A stretch of 45,178 bases of DNA from positions 1 to 45,178 of the forward strand of contig JBMYZB010000001.1 in the NCBI GenBank assembly GCA_049609945.1, read 5' to 3'. This DNA is from Flavobacteriaceae bacterium. Its GTDB lineage: Bacteria > Bacteroidota > Bacteroidia > Flavobacteriales > Flavobacteriaceae. Both the position numbers and the translations under genes were made by a program. Shown piece after piece: positions 17,114 through 25,811 of the stretch. The notes beneath the pieces are model-generated. The model was not told the DNA's origin and made no database searches. It saw only the letters and a list, made by a program, of their open reading frames with translations. How positions within the stretch are numbered: the stretch's first letter is position 1; each line of letters begins with the position of its first letter.

Positions 17114-18149
17114 AGTATTCTCGATTTAAGGTAGCCCCGTGACCGGGAACAACTGGAGGCATAGTGATGCCGTTTACCATTGGTGCGTCCGAGGCCGGAT
17201 CTGGGTTTAGATTGTAATGTGAGTCTAAATCAATATGATCAATGGCACTAGAAAGTGCCGCTCCAGCAGCAATGGAAACAGAAGATTCACTCATGCAGCC
17301 AATCATGGTTTTAAGACCAAAAGCTTTGGCCGTGGCCATAATGTTTAGGGCTTCTGTAATGCCACCACATTTCATCAGTTTAATATTTACGCCATACACG
17401 TGTTGTGCCCACTGAGGGATATTTTTTGCAAAACGACATGATTCATCTAGAAAAATAGGCAAGTGTCCTTGCAATTTTGTTAGTGCTTCTTCTTGCCCTT
17501 CGGCCAAGGGTTGCTCCACATAGGTTACTCCTCGAGAAGAAAGCCAATCCATCATGGTTATGGCTTCCTCAACATTCCACCCACCATTGGCGTCCACCCG
17601 TAATCCAACCGAATAGGGCTCTGTACTTTCCAACACCTGTTCAAACATGGCTTTGTCAGCTTCAATACCTTTGGGAGAACCCAATTTAATTTTTAATGAT
17701 TTTACTGTGGTGCCGTCCAACAGGAGTGGAATACGCTCTTTAACCACCTCCGGTGTATTGATGCCCAGCGTAACTGAAGTGGGATTGTTGGGCGCCGAAA
17801 ACCCCAATAATTCATAGAGGGGCATTTGTGCTTTTTTGGCTTTCCAATCCCATAGGGCTATGTCAAAAGCTGCATAAGCACAAGGTGCAATTTGCATGTC
17901 AATACTTCTTTGTTGGCAATCGGCTATAGACAATTGCTCAAAATCAGTGGCTAAAAATCGTCCCAATTCAGCCTTTACTTCGGCAGGCGTGGCAGCCCCT
18001 TCTGAGGCGCCCGGAGCAGCTTCTCCCCAACCCACAAATCCCTCGTGTTCGTATGCCAAAAAAACATTTTCCGAATGGGACCGAACCCCTCTGCTAATGG
18101 CCAAAGGAAATCGCTTTTTTAAGGGCACAGTATATAAATGAATTTTCAC
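17106..18149 (-). CDS. Dipeptide epimerase, enolase superfamily (L-Ala-D/L-Glu epimerase-like)
   Basis: 347 aa. Contains the enolase-superfamily metal and base motifs KIKLG, RVDANGGW, VEQP, FLDES and NIKLMKCGG. Confidence 0.85.
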   Translation of the reverse strand: MKIHLYTVPLKKRFPLAISRGVRSHSENVFLAYEHEGFVGWGEAAPGASEGAATPAEVKAELGRFLATDFEQLSIADCQQRSIDMQIAPCAYAAFDIALWDWKAKKAQMPLYELLGFSAPNNPTSVTLGINTPEVVKERIPLLLDGTTVKSLKIKLGSPKGIEADKAMFEQVLESTEPYSVGLRVDANGGWNVEEAITMMDWLSSRGVTYVEQPLAEGQEEALTKLQGHLPIFLDESCRFAKNIPQWAQHVYGVNIKLMKCGGITEALNIMATAKAFGLKTMIGCMSESSVSIAAGAALSSAIDHIDLDSHYNLNPDPASDAPMVNGITMPPVVPGHGATLNREYYA

Positions 18150-18269
18150 ATTAGATACATTAAAAACAGTCTAAAAGTACTATTTCAAGATTTTAAATAC
18201 GAAAGAATCTGCTGAAAAAACCTAAAATTTCTTTTACATTTAAATCTCAAATAAAATGTAGCCATTTTC

Positions 18270-19283
18270 ATGATTCATGAAGTAAAACATATTTTAGATA
18301 CGGCCCAGCAGTGGCAACTTCAACAACACAAAATGGTTTTGGCCACGGTGGTAGCTTTGGAAGGTTCTTCCTACCGCCGCCCGGGGGTACGAATGTTGAT
18401 CAACGATAAAGGTGCTGCAGTGGGAGCCGTGAGTGGAGGCTGTGTAGAAAAAGAAGTTCATCGGCAAGCAGTAGGTGTTTTAGCTTCCGGCAAGCCCAAA
18501 ATGATGCAATATGACGGCCGCGTGCGTTTAGGTTGTGAAGGAATTTTATATGTCTTAATTGAACCTTTTTTTCCTAAAAAGGAACTCCTCTCCCTTTTTA
18601 ATCGCGCTTGGGAAGCCAGAAAACCCATTGAAATCCAATCGCGCTATGTGAAAGAAGTCGGCGCTCATACTGCTCTAGGTTCCACCCTTCATTTTGAAAA
18701 TGGAATTTTGTCTTTTGGCAATGCATCTAATAAAGCAACTTCTGGAACTCTCCTTTTTAAACAAACCCTTTTACCGGTGCAACAACTCTATATTTTTGGT
18801 GCCGAACACGATGCAGTCGCTCTTTGTACTACGGCGCACCATTTAGGGTGGAAAGTAACTGTTGTGGCTCCCCCAGATGAACAAAAAACTATCGCTTTTT
18901 TTCCAGGGTGCCAACAATTATTAACTCCCATTCCAGAAACGCTTCAACTTAAAGATATTGACCCTCAAACAGCTGTGGTGCTCATGTCACATAGTTTTAC
19001 TAAAGACCTTCAATACCTTATTGCACTAAAATATTCTCGTCCAGCCTATTTGGGATTGCTTGGTCCCGCCCATAGGAGAGAACGTTTGATGTCTGCCTTT
19101 TTAGAACGCTTTCCAGAAACTGATCCCGATTTTTTAGAATTGTGTTATGGCCCTGCGGGACTGCATATTGGTGCCGAAAGCGCACAAGAAATCGCTCTGT
19201 CTATCATGGGAGAAGTGTTAAGTGTTATGCGCCAAAGCCTCCCTTCTTCTTTACGTCATAAAGTGGGTAAAATCCATGAGTGA
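18270..19283 (+). CDS. XdhC/CoxI family molybdoenzyme maturation (accessory) protein
   Basis: 337 aa. The N-terminal XdhC_CoxI domain is ATVVALEGSSYRRPGVRMLI...GAVSGGCVE. The C-terminal Rossmann-like domain is LYIFGAEHDAVAL. Confidence 0.85.
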   Translation: MIHEVKHILDTAQQWQLQQHKMVLATVVALEGSSYRRPGVRMLINDKGAAVGAVSGGCVEKEVHRQAVGVLASGKPKMMQYDGRVRLGCEGILYVLIEPFFPKKELLSLFNRAWEARKPIEIQSRYVKEVGAHTALGSTLHFENGILSFGNASNKATSGTLLFKQTLLPVQQLYIFGAEHDAVALCTTAHHLGWKVTVVAPPDEQKTIAFFPGCQQLLTPIPETLQLKDIDPQTAVVLMSHSFTKDLQYLIALKYSRPAYLGLLGPAHRRERLMSAFLERFPETDPDFLELCYGPAGLHIGAESAQEIALSIMGEVLSVMRQSLPSSLRHKVGKIHE

Positions 19284-19881
19284 AGTAGGCCTTATTGTTT
19301 TAGCCGCCGGAGCATCGAAACGTATGGGACAACCCAAAGCCCTTTTGTCTTGGGATACTAAAAACCTAATTACTCACCAATTAGAAACCGCCTTAAGTCT
19401 TGGGCTACCCGTGGGGGTAGTGCTTGGAGCTCATGCGCCTGCCATCAAAAAAACTATTGCTCATTTACCGATCACCTCTTATTTTAATCCCTCATGGCAA
19501 GACGGTATGGGAGCCTCATTGGCCTATGCCACTAAATCCATGCTAAAAACCTATCCCACTTTAAAAGGTTTACTCGTGCTCGCTGTGGATCAACCCTTGG
19601 TGAACCGTGACCATTTAGAAAAACTATTACACCTTTTTGAGCCCCATCAAAAACAAATTATTGTTTCCAAATCGGAAGCAGGTTGGCAGGGTATCCCTGT
19701 TTTATTTGATGCTTTTTATTTTGATGCTTTGCAACAATTGAGCGGAGATAACGGTGCTAAAAGCATCACAAAACATTATAAGGATCAAGTTGTTGTTGTA
19801 CGTGCTAAAGGGCTTTTGATCGATATGGACACCCCAGAAAGTTATGCTGCCCTACAGCAAAAAATCAACCGCCAATCGTGA
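19276..19881 (+). CDS. MobA-like nucleotidyltransferase, probable molybdenum cofactor cytidylyltransferase (MocA-like)
   Basis: Internal Met of ORF 19222..19881. MSEVGLIVLAAGASKRMGQPKALL is the NTP-transferase signature. The ATG overlaps the XdhC stop (ATGAGTGA). MocA versus another MobA-like enzyme cannot be distinguished by eye. Confidence 0.75.
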   Translation: MSEVGLIVLAAGASKRMGQPKALLSWDTKNLITHQLETALSLGLPVGVVLGAHAPAIKKTIAHLPITSYFNPSWQDGMGASLAYATKSMLKTYPTLKGLLVLAVDQPLVNRDHLEKLLHLFEPHQKQIIVSKSEAGWQGIPVLFDAFYFDALQQLSGDNGAKSITKHYKDQVVVVRAKGLLIDMDTPESYAALQQKINRQS

Positions 19882-20872
19882 TCATACTTCGGTTTTGACG
19901 ATGTGCCTCAGGGTCTTCAAATGCGGCTTGAGACGCCATACCAGCACGGACCGCTTTTTTCTGGTGCACTGTTTTTTCGATCAGCAACTTAATATCTACT
20001 CCTTCTCGCATGGGACTTAAAAGATCGGTTTCTTGGTTGGAAAATAAACAGTTCTTTAAAAAGCCGTTGGCCGTGAGTCGCAAGCGGTTGCAGCCTTCGC
20101 AAAAAGGGTTGGTTACTGTGCTAATGACGGCAAATTGGCCTTGGTGATTTTTTATGGTATAGTGTTTAGCGGTATCGTGAGGAGCATCTTGTAATCGCTC
20201 CATTTGTTCCGAACCAAAATGATGGGTCAATTTGCCCATAATTTCTTGATAAGAAACTAATTTTTGGGTATTCCATCGATTACCATCAAAAGGCATAAAC
20301 TCAATAAACCGAACCTGCAATGGAAGGTCTTTGGTAAGGTTTACAAAATCGATAATTTCTTCATCATTAATTCCTTTCATCAACACCGCATTGAGCTTCA
20401 CGGTAAAGCCCTCTTCCAGCAATAGTAAAATGTTTTGATAGACCTTATCAAAATAATCTCGAAAGGTTATTTTTTTGAATTTTTCGGCGTTGAGGGTGTC
20501 TAAACTCACATTGAGTTGGGAAACCCCACAGGCTTTTAAATGATCTAGATGTCTTTCTACACTCACAGCATTGGTGGTTAGGGTAAGTTCAACGGGCAAC
20601 TTCGCAAGTTGTTCCAAAATAGAATTAAAATCTTTTCGCACCAAGGGTTCTCCTCCGGTGAGTCTAATTTTAGTGACGCCTAAGTCTACAAACTCTTTGG
20701 CTAAGTGCCCTATCTCTTTGGCAGTCATTAAATGAGCGGCAGGAGTAAGCTTCACCCCTTCAACGGGCATACAATAACTACAGCGCAAGTTACACCGCTC
20801 GGTGAGTGAAATGCGTAAATAGGTGTGTGAACGACCGTGGGTGTCTTGCAATGTGTGGATGGATTTTTTCAT
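19865..20872 (-). CDS. moaA: GTP 3',8-cyclase MoaA (radical SAM)
   Basis: 335 aa. Has the CNLRCSYC radical-SAM cluster, LTGGEPL, a C-terminal CxxCxxxxxxxxxxxxxC region (CEGCNRLRLTANGFLKNC), and a terminal GG. Confidence 0.95.
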   Translation of the reverse strand: MKKSIHTLQDTHGRSHTYLRISLTERCNLRCSYCMPVEGVKLTPAAHLMTAKEIGHLAKEFVDLGVTKIRLTGGEPLVRKDFNSILEQLAKLPVELTLTTNAVSVERHLDHLKACGVSQLNVSLDTLNAEKFKKITFRDYFDKVYQNILLLLEEGFTVKLNAVLMKGINDEEIIDFVNLTKDLPLQVRFIEFMPFDGNRWNTQKLVSYQEIMGKLTHHFGSEQMERLQDAPHDTAKHYTIKNHQGQFAVISTVTNPFCEGCNRLRLTANGFLKNCLFSNQETDLLSPMREGVDIKLLIEKTVHQKKAVRAGMASQAAFEDPEAHRQNRSMITIGG

Positions 20873-20875
20873 AGA

Positions 20876-21781
20876 CTAATGGGTGCCTCCTTTAATGATA
20901 TCAAACACATGTAAAACAGCCGGAAACAAGGCCGCCATAGATTGTGCAGCCCCTTTTGTGGAGCCGGGCAAAGCTAAAATGAGTGTGTTTTCAGACAAAC
21001 CCACCACACTTCTAGATAGCATGGCATAAGGTGTTCTTTGTTGTCCATAAGACCGCAAAGCTTCTTCCATGCCTGGTATTTTTTTGTCGATTAAAGGAGC
21101 TAAGGCCTCCGGAGTTTGATCTCTGGGCGATAAGCCTGTGCCCCCAGTAAAAAGGATTATTTTAATGTCTTCTTTTTTATAAGCAGCCACTTTTGACCTG
21201 ATCTGTTCTACCTCATCGGGTATGATCTCGTAGTGGGCTACAGGAACATCGCAACTTGTTAAGGCCGCTATGATGGCTTTGCCTGCTCGGTCTTCCTTTT
21301 TGCCAGCGGCAATAGAATCCGAACAAACCACCACAGCTGCCTTTACTTGACTTTTGAGTGGGTGGCTGTCAGATTTTCCGCCTTTTTTCTCTATCAACTT
21401 GATACGCTCAATTTCAATGCCCTTGTCTAGGGGTTTAAGCATATCATAAACATTTAAAGCCACCACAGTGGCACCATGCATGGCTTCCACTTCAACCCCT
21501 GTTTTATAGATCGTTTTCAAGCAACACTCAATATGGATTTCAAGCCCTGAAATGGTGTAGTCAATCCTGGCAAATTCAATCGGGAGGGGATGACAATCGG
21601 GAAGCAATTCAGGGGTTTTTTTTACGGCCAACAAACCAGCTGCTCGACTCATTTCAAACACGTCGCCTTTGGGCACCGTTTTGTCTTTTATGGCTTGGAT
21701 GGTTTGGGCTTTGCTCACCCGAACGACTGCCATGGCTGTAGCTTCTCGAAGGGTGTTACTTTTATGGGTAATATCAACCAT
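20876..21781 (-). CDS. moaC: Bifunctional MoaC (cyclic pyranopterin monophosphate synthase) fused to a MoaB/MogA-like domain
   Basis: 301 aa. The N-terminal half is MoaC-like (MVDITHKSNTLREATA...GVEVEAMHGATVVALNVYDM). The C-terminal half is MoaB/Mog-like (AAVVVCSDSIAAG...ILFTGGTGLSPRDQTPEA). Confidence 0.9.
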   Translation of the reverse strand: MVDITHKSNTLREATAMAVVRVSKAQTIQAIKDKTVPKGDVFEMSRAAGLLAVKKTPELLPDCHPLPIEFARIDYTISGLEIHIECCLKTIYKTGVEVEAMHGATVVALNVYDMLKPLDKGIEIERIKLIEKKGGKSDSHPLKSQVKAAVVVCSDSIAAGKKEDRAGKAIIAALTSCDVPVAHYEIIPDEVEQIRSKVAAYKKEDIKIILFTGGTGLSPRDQTPEALAPLIDKKIPGMEEALRSYGQQRTPYAMLSRSVVGLSENTLILALPGSTKGAAQSMAALFPAVLHVFDIIKGGTH

Positions 21782-21788
21782 AGTTTAT

Positions 21789-22229
21789 TTATTTATTTGT
21801 TTTCCACTGATGGGATTGGTCTTCAAAAATTTCTTTTCCGAAAATGGGTAGGCGCTCCTTAATTTGATTCACCAACTTGGGGAGGGCCTCAAAAACTTCG
21901 GGGCGATGTGCAGCCGAAACAAATACAAAAAAACAGATTTCACCTGCTTTTATCTGCCCTAAACTGTGATAAATATGAACACAACTTAAGTTGTATTTCC
22001 CAAAAAGAGTTTCTTTAATATCATGGCAAACCGCATTGGCCATTTCTTCATGAGCCGTATAGTCTATAGCAGCCACTTGCTTACCTTCAACGGTATCTGC
22101 ACGCACTTGCCCTAAAAAAATTTGATGCGCACCAATTTGTGTTTTGGATTGGTGGTTGGCAATAGATTGCGCTATTTTTTCAGGCGCAATAGCCCCTGAA
22201 ATGAAAATGTTTTTAATCGGTTTTGTCAT
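21789..22229 (-). CDS. moaE: Molybdopterin synthase catalytic subunit MoaE
   Basis: 146 aa. IGAHQIFLGQVRAD...IDYTAHEEMA...HRPEVFEA fits MoaE, and it sits between moeB and moaC. Confidence 0.9.
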   Translation of the reverse strand: MTKPIKNIFISGAIAPEKIAQSIANHQSKTQIGAHQIFLGQVRADTVEGKQVAAIDYTAHEEMANAVCHDIKETLFGKYNLSCVHIYHSLGQIKAGEICFFVFVSAAHRPEVFEALPKLVNQIKERLPIFGKEIFEDQSHQWKTNK

Positions 22230-23298
22230 TGTTATTTTGTTGGTTCCAATATGCTAATGTAGCTGCGCCCACAGAGAGAGCATAGCCATTTTTTACGCCT
22301 TTCTCCAAAAGGAGTTCAAGGGCCTTTTTACTGCGCTGCCCAGATTGACAAAACAATACTTTGGGCTGTTCGTGTTTTAATTCTTCCCAGCGGGTGTTCC
22401 AAGAGGAGAAAGGTATCTTAATTAAGTTAGGTAAATCCAATTGAGGGCTTTCATGCAATTCTCGCACATCTATCCAAACAAATTTACCAAGCTCACGCAA
22501 AGCCTCTAGTCCTATTTGAGAAGACGGTGGGCAGGAGACGTTGAATATTTCAATCAATTCATTTTTTTGTTTTAAAGCGGCAATAGCTTTTTTGTTTGGG
22601 GGTAAAATTATGCTGTGCATTTGGTGAGTGAGTAGATCATAAAAGAGTACTTTTCCTGAAAGGATTTGATCAAGTTCAAGTATTATTTTTAAGCATTCCG
22701 TGGCTTGAAGAATGCCTAAGACCCCCGGCACCACACCCAAAACACCCACGGTTTCGCAAGTGGGCACCTCCTCCAATTGAGGAGGAGTAGGGAACAAGCA
22801 TCTGTAGGTGGGTCCATTTTTAAAATTAAACACGGCCAATTGGCCTTGAAATTTGTAGAGTGCAGCATAAACCATCGGTTTGTTGCTAAGTACACAACAA
22901 TCGTTAATACAATAACGGGTTTCAAAATTATCTGTAGCGTCAATCACAAGATCATAGGCAGCCGTTAATGCCAACCCGTTTTGAATGTCAAAAGCCGTTT
23001 CATAAGCATTTATAACAAGTGACGTGTTTTGTTTTTGAAGCTGTGCTTTGGCTGCTTTCGCCTTGTTTTTTCCCAGATCGTTCTCGTCAAATAAAATTTG
23101 TCTGTGCAAGTTGGAAGGTGTCACCCGATCAAAATCGACTATGCCAAGTGTGCCCACCCCGGCGGCAGCTAAGTACTGCAAAGCGGGACAACCCAGTCCA
23201 CCGGCACCAACCATCAAAACCTTTGCGGCGTGGAGCTTGGCTTGGCCGGTTGTGCCCACCTCAGCCAATCGAATTTGTCTACTGTATCGCTCTTCCAT
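22213..23298 (-). CDS. moeB: Molybdopterin-synthase adenylyltransferase MoeB/ThiF family with C-terminal rhodanese domain
   Basis: 361 aa. Starts RYSRQIRLAEVG, has the nucleotide loop VGAGGLGCP and CxxC motifs, and carries a C-terminal rhodanese active-site loop (FCQSGQRS). Confidence 0.9.
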   Translation of the reverse strand: MEERYSRQIRLAEVGTTGQAKLHAAKVLMVGAGGLGCPALQYLAAAGVGTLGIVDFDRVTPSNLHRQILFDENDLGKNKAKAAKAQLQKQNTSLVINAYETAFDIQNGLALTAAYDLVIDATDNFETRYCINDCCVLSNKPMVYAALYKFQGQLAVFNFKNGPTYRCLFPTPPQLEEVPTCETVGVLGVVPGVLGILQATECLKIILELDQILSGKVLFYDLLTHQMHSIILPPNKKAIAALKQKNELIEIFNVSCPPSSQIGLEALRELGKFVWIDVRELHESPQLDLPNLIKIPFSSWNTRWEELKHEQPKVLFCQSGQRSKKALELLLEKGVKNGYALSVGAATLAYWNQQNNNDKTD

Positions 23299-23302
23299 AA
23301 GA

Positions 23303-23536
23303 TTAACCTCCCGAAAAAGGAGGAAATAAAGCTACCTCCTCTTCAAGAAGTGCTTCTTGTGCTGTTTTAATTGTATTATTTTGTGCCATCACAAAAGTTT
23401 TGTCTTGTAAATGCGGATAACGTTCTTCCAATTCTTTTCGCAAATCGCCCAAGGTGAGGGCATGGGTAACGATGCGCTCGTTTTCTTTTTTGAGAGCCTC
23501 TGCCAGAAGACCAAAATAGCGTATTGTTATTTCCAT
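23303..23536 (-). CDS. moaD: Molybdopterin synthase sulfur-carrier subunit MoaD
   Basis: 77 aa, from the internal Met of ORF 23303..23677: MEITIRYFGLLAEAL...VALFPPFSGG. It has a ubiquitin-like size and a C-terminal Gly-Gly. The longer listed ORF overlaps the TauE gene and is not credible. Confidence 0.85.
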   Translation of the reverse strand: MEITIRYFGLLAEALKKENERIVTHALTLGDLRKELEERYPHLQDKTFVMAQNNTIKTAQEALLEEEVALFPPFSGG

Positions 23537-23538
23537 TT

Positions 23539-24279
23539 TTAAAAAATTAGAAGTTTCATTGAAGCTAAAAATAGGACGCCCGAAAGGAGCCATTCTACTC
23601 GTTTTGTCGACCACTTTTGGCTGCCAAAATAACTGCCCAAAAGGCCCCCGCCAAAAGCCACCAAAACCAACAACCAAGCTTGAGGGCTCAATTCCACACC
23701 CCTTGAAAGTTGACCTCCCATCCCCGCCGCAGAATTAACCCATATAAATAAAGCCGAAACGGCTGCCGCTGTTTTTACATTACCCCAACGGAAGAGCATA
23801 ATAAGCGGTGTTAACATGATGCCGCCACCAATGCCAATCATCCCAGAAAATAGACCAATAAGCAAACCAAATGAAAGGGCTAAACCTATATTCAATGGTT
23901 TTATTTCTATTGCTCTTGAGGATTGCGGCCAAAGCATTCTGACCAAAGCGATTAGCAACAACACGGCCAAAATCTTTTTGTACAGAGTAGGGTCCAGCTG
24001 CAGCCGGCCACCAAAAAAAGAAGCAGGCACAGAAGTGATCACAAAAGGAATGAAAAGTTGTTTATTAAAATAGTTGGCTCTATAAAATTGATAAAAAGCA
24101 ATGCCCGCCACAAAAAGATTGAGCAATAATGCGGTGGGTTTCATAAAGTCTGGAGCAAAGGAAAACAAAGCCATCAAGGCCAAATAACCGCTGGCTCCAC
24201 CATGACCCACGCTAGCGTAAAGAAAGGCAACCCCGGGGAGTAAGAGCAAAAACCACAATAGGGAAAAGCCTTCAATCAT
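23539..24279 (-). CDS. TauE/SafE (DUF81) family anion permease
   Basis: About 246 aa and polytopic, with two GxGGG-type repeats (SVGHGGASGY; MIGIGGGIMLTP) typical of TauE/SafE. Start could be 24279 (Met10) or 24306. Confidence 0.85.
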   Translation of the reverse strand: MIEGFSLLWFLLLLPGVAFLYASVGHGGASGYLALMALFSFAPDFMKPTALLLNLFVAGIAFYQFYRANYFNKQLFIPFVITSVPASFFGGRLQLDPTLYKKILAVLLLIALVRMLWPQSSRAIEIKPLNIGLALSFGLLIGLFSGMIGIGGGIMLTPLIMLFRWGNVKTAAAVSALFIWVNSAAGMGGQLSRGVELSPQAWLLVLVAFGGGLLGSYFGSQKWSTKRVEWLLSGVLFLASMKLLIF

Positions 24280-24616
24280 GTGTACTTTTTTGGGGATTGA
24301 TTTCATTTTCTAAAAAAATGGCGTATTGTTGATGGGTTTTCCAATAATGCGCTAACAATTTTTGGCCAAAGGGTGTTAAAGTGGTCTGGCCCCCTTGTTT
24401 ACCCCCCGGTGCCATTACAACCACAGGGGCAGTCGCTTTTTGATTGAGGTGTTTCATCAATTTCCAAGCCTTTGAATAGGACATTTTACGTTGTTTTGCT
24501 ACTTGCCGCAAAGAGGGGTTGGAAGTCAGGGCTTGTAGTAATTCGGCATGCCCTTTTCCCATAAGCAACTCCCCGTTTCTTTCGAGCCAGATTTTATGTT
24601 TAATTTGAAATTCCAT
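24272..24616 (-). CDS. ModE-N-terminal-like winged-helix DNA-binding protein (no Mop/molbindin domain)
   Basis: About 114 aa. IWLERNGELLMGKGHAELLQALTSNPSLRQVAKQRKMSYSKAWKLMKHLNQ matches the ModE/LysR-type N-terminal wHTH pattern (...SYxxAW...N). The protein ends about 60 aa later, so there is no room for the molybdate-binding di-Mop domain. Confidence 0.7.
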   Translation of the reverse strand: MEFQIKHKIWLERNGELLMGKGHAELLQALTSNPSLRQVAKQRKMSYSKAWKLMKHLNQKATAPVVVMAPGGKQGGQTTLTPFGQKLLAHYWKTHQQYAIFLENEINPQKSTHD

Positions 24617-25793
24617 ACGGCAATAAGAGGGTTTCAACCCATTCGTTTTGGGTTACTGTCTTTTTTTCTGAAGGAATATAAACCAGCGCATTGGCTGCTG
24701 CAAAAGCTTTGATCATGGAGGAAGCTTGCCCGGTGAGCAAAGAAACGACGTTATTCTTTATACTTGCCTTTAAAAACAATGCCCTGCCAGAGTTATTTTC
24801 AAACTCTTTTGCTATGGGCTGCTGAATGCGCAAAAGCCCTCTTTTAGTTTTACCCATTAAGGCCTCCAATAGTGGATAGACATACACATAAAAACAGTTT
24901 AGGGTAGACGCTGGGTTTCCTGGTAATGCAAATAGATAGGTTTGTTGGAACTTTCCAAAAAATAGGGGTTTACCGGGTTTTTGCTTCACCTTATAAAAAA
25001 TTTCTTCTACACCTATTTCGTGCAGTGCCTGTCCCACAAAATCAAAATCGCCAACCGATATGCCTCCAGAGACCAAAACCAAATCGGATTGAGCAAGGGC
25101 TTTTTCTAGGGCTTTACGAGTGGCATATGCGTTGTCTTTAATACGATTCATTTGAATGGTTGTGATACCCATTTGACGTAGTACCATTTGAAGCACCAAA
25201 CTATTGCTTTCATATATTTTTCCTGGATCTAAAGGTTTGCCGGGTGGCTCCAACTCGTTACCTGTGATCAACACTGAAATACGGGGTTTTGAATATACTT
25301 CAACGTTGCTTAATCCCAAAGATTGAAGGAGTCCTAAGGCCGGCGGATTCAAAAATGCCCCCTGTTCAAAAACGAGTGTGCCTGGGTTGAGTTGTTCGCC
25401 AATGGTCCTGATATTTTGTCCCAACTCAGGTGTTTTTTGAAGCCTAATTTGCCCCTGCTCACGATATACCTGTTCCTGTATCACCACGGCATTGGCTGTT
25501 TCGGGAACGCCTGCTCCGGTAAAAATTCTACAGGCTTCCCCAGGTTTTAAAATTAAATCAAAAGGATCACCTGCTTTAATTTCTCCCACCAGTTGATAGG
25601 TAAGTTGATCATGCCTATGAATTGCATAGCCATCCATGGCAGATTGCTTAAAGGGCGGAAGAGCTATGGGCGCATATACCGTTTGAGCCAAAACGCTGTG
25701 TAGTGCTTCCTGAAGAGGAACGCTCTTTCTCCTTCTAACATGGTTTTCGCTGTGTGCGGCCACCTTTGCTAACGCTTCTTCAACTGATATCAT
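24600..25793 (-). CDS. moeA: Molybdopterin molybdenumtransferase MoeA
   Basis: MISVEEALAKV...SAMDGYA...GGISVGDFD...LPGNPAS are MoeA hallmarks. Start set to Met25 (cat at 25791-25793), because the 24-codon N-terminal extension of the listed ORF contains the trpB2 terminator hairpin and a -7 box. Confidence 0.9.
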   Translation of the reverse strand: MISVEEALAKVAAHSENHVRRRKSVPLQEALHSVLAQTVYAPIALPPFKQSAMDGYAIHRHDQLTYQLVGEIKAGDPFDLILKPGEACRIFTGAGVPETANAVVIQEQVYREQGQIRLQKTPELGQNIRTIGEQLNPGTLVFEQGAFLNPPALGLLQSLGLSNVEVYSKPRISVLITGNELEPPGKPLDPGKIYESNSLVLQMVLRQMGITTIQMNRIKDNAYATRKALEKALAQSDLVLVSGGISVGDFDFVGQALHEIGVEEIFYKVKQKPGKPLFFGKFQQTYLFALPGNPASTLNCFYVYVYPLLEALMGKTKRGLLRIQQPIAKEFENNSGRALFLKASIKNNVVSLLTGQASSMIKAFAAANALVYIPSEKKTVTQNEWVETLLLPYGISN

Positions 25794-25811
25794 GGGTGCG
25801 TTATGTTTGAT

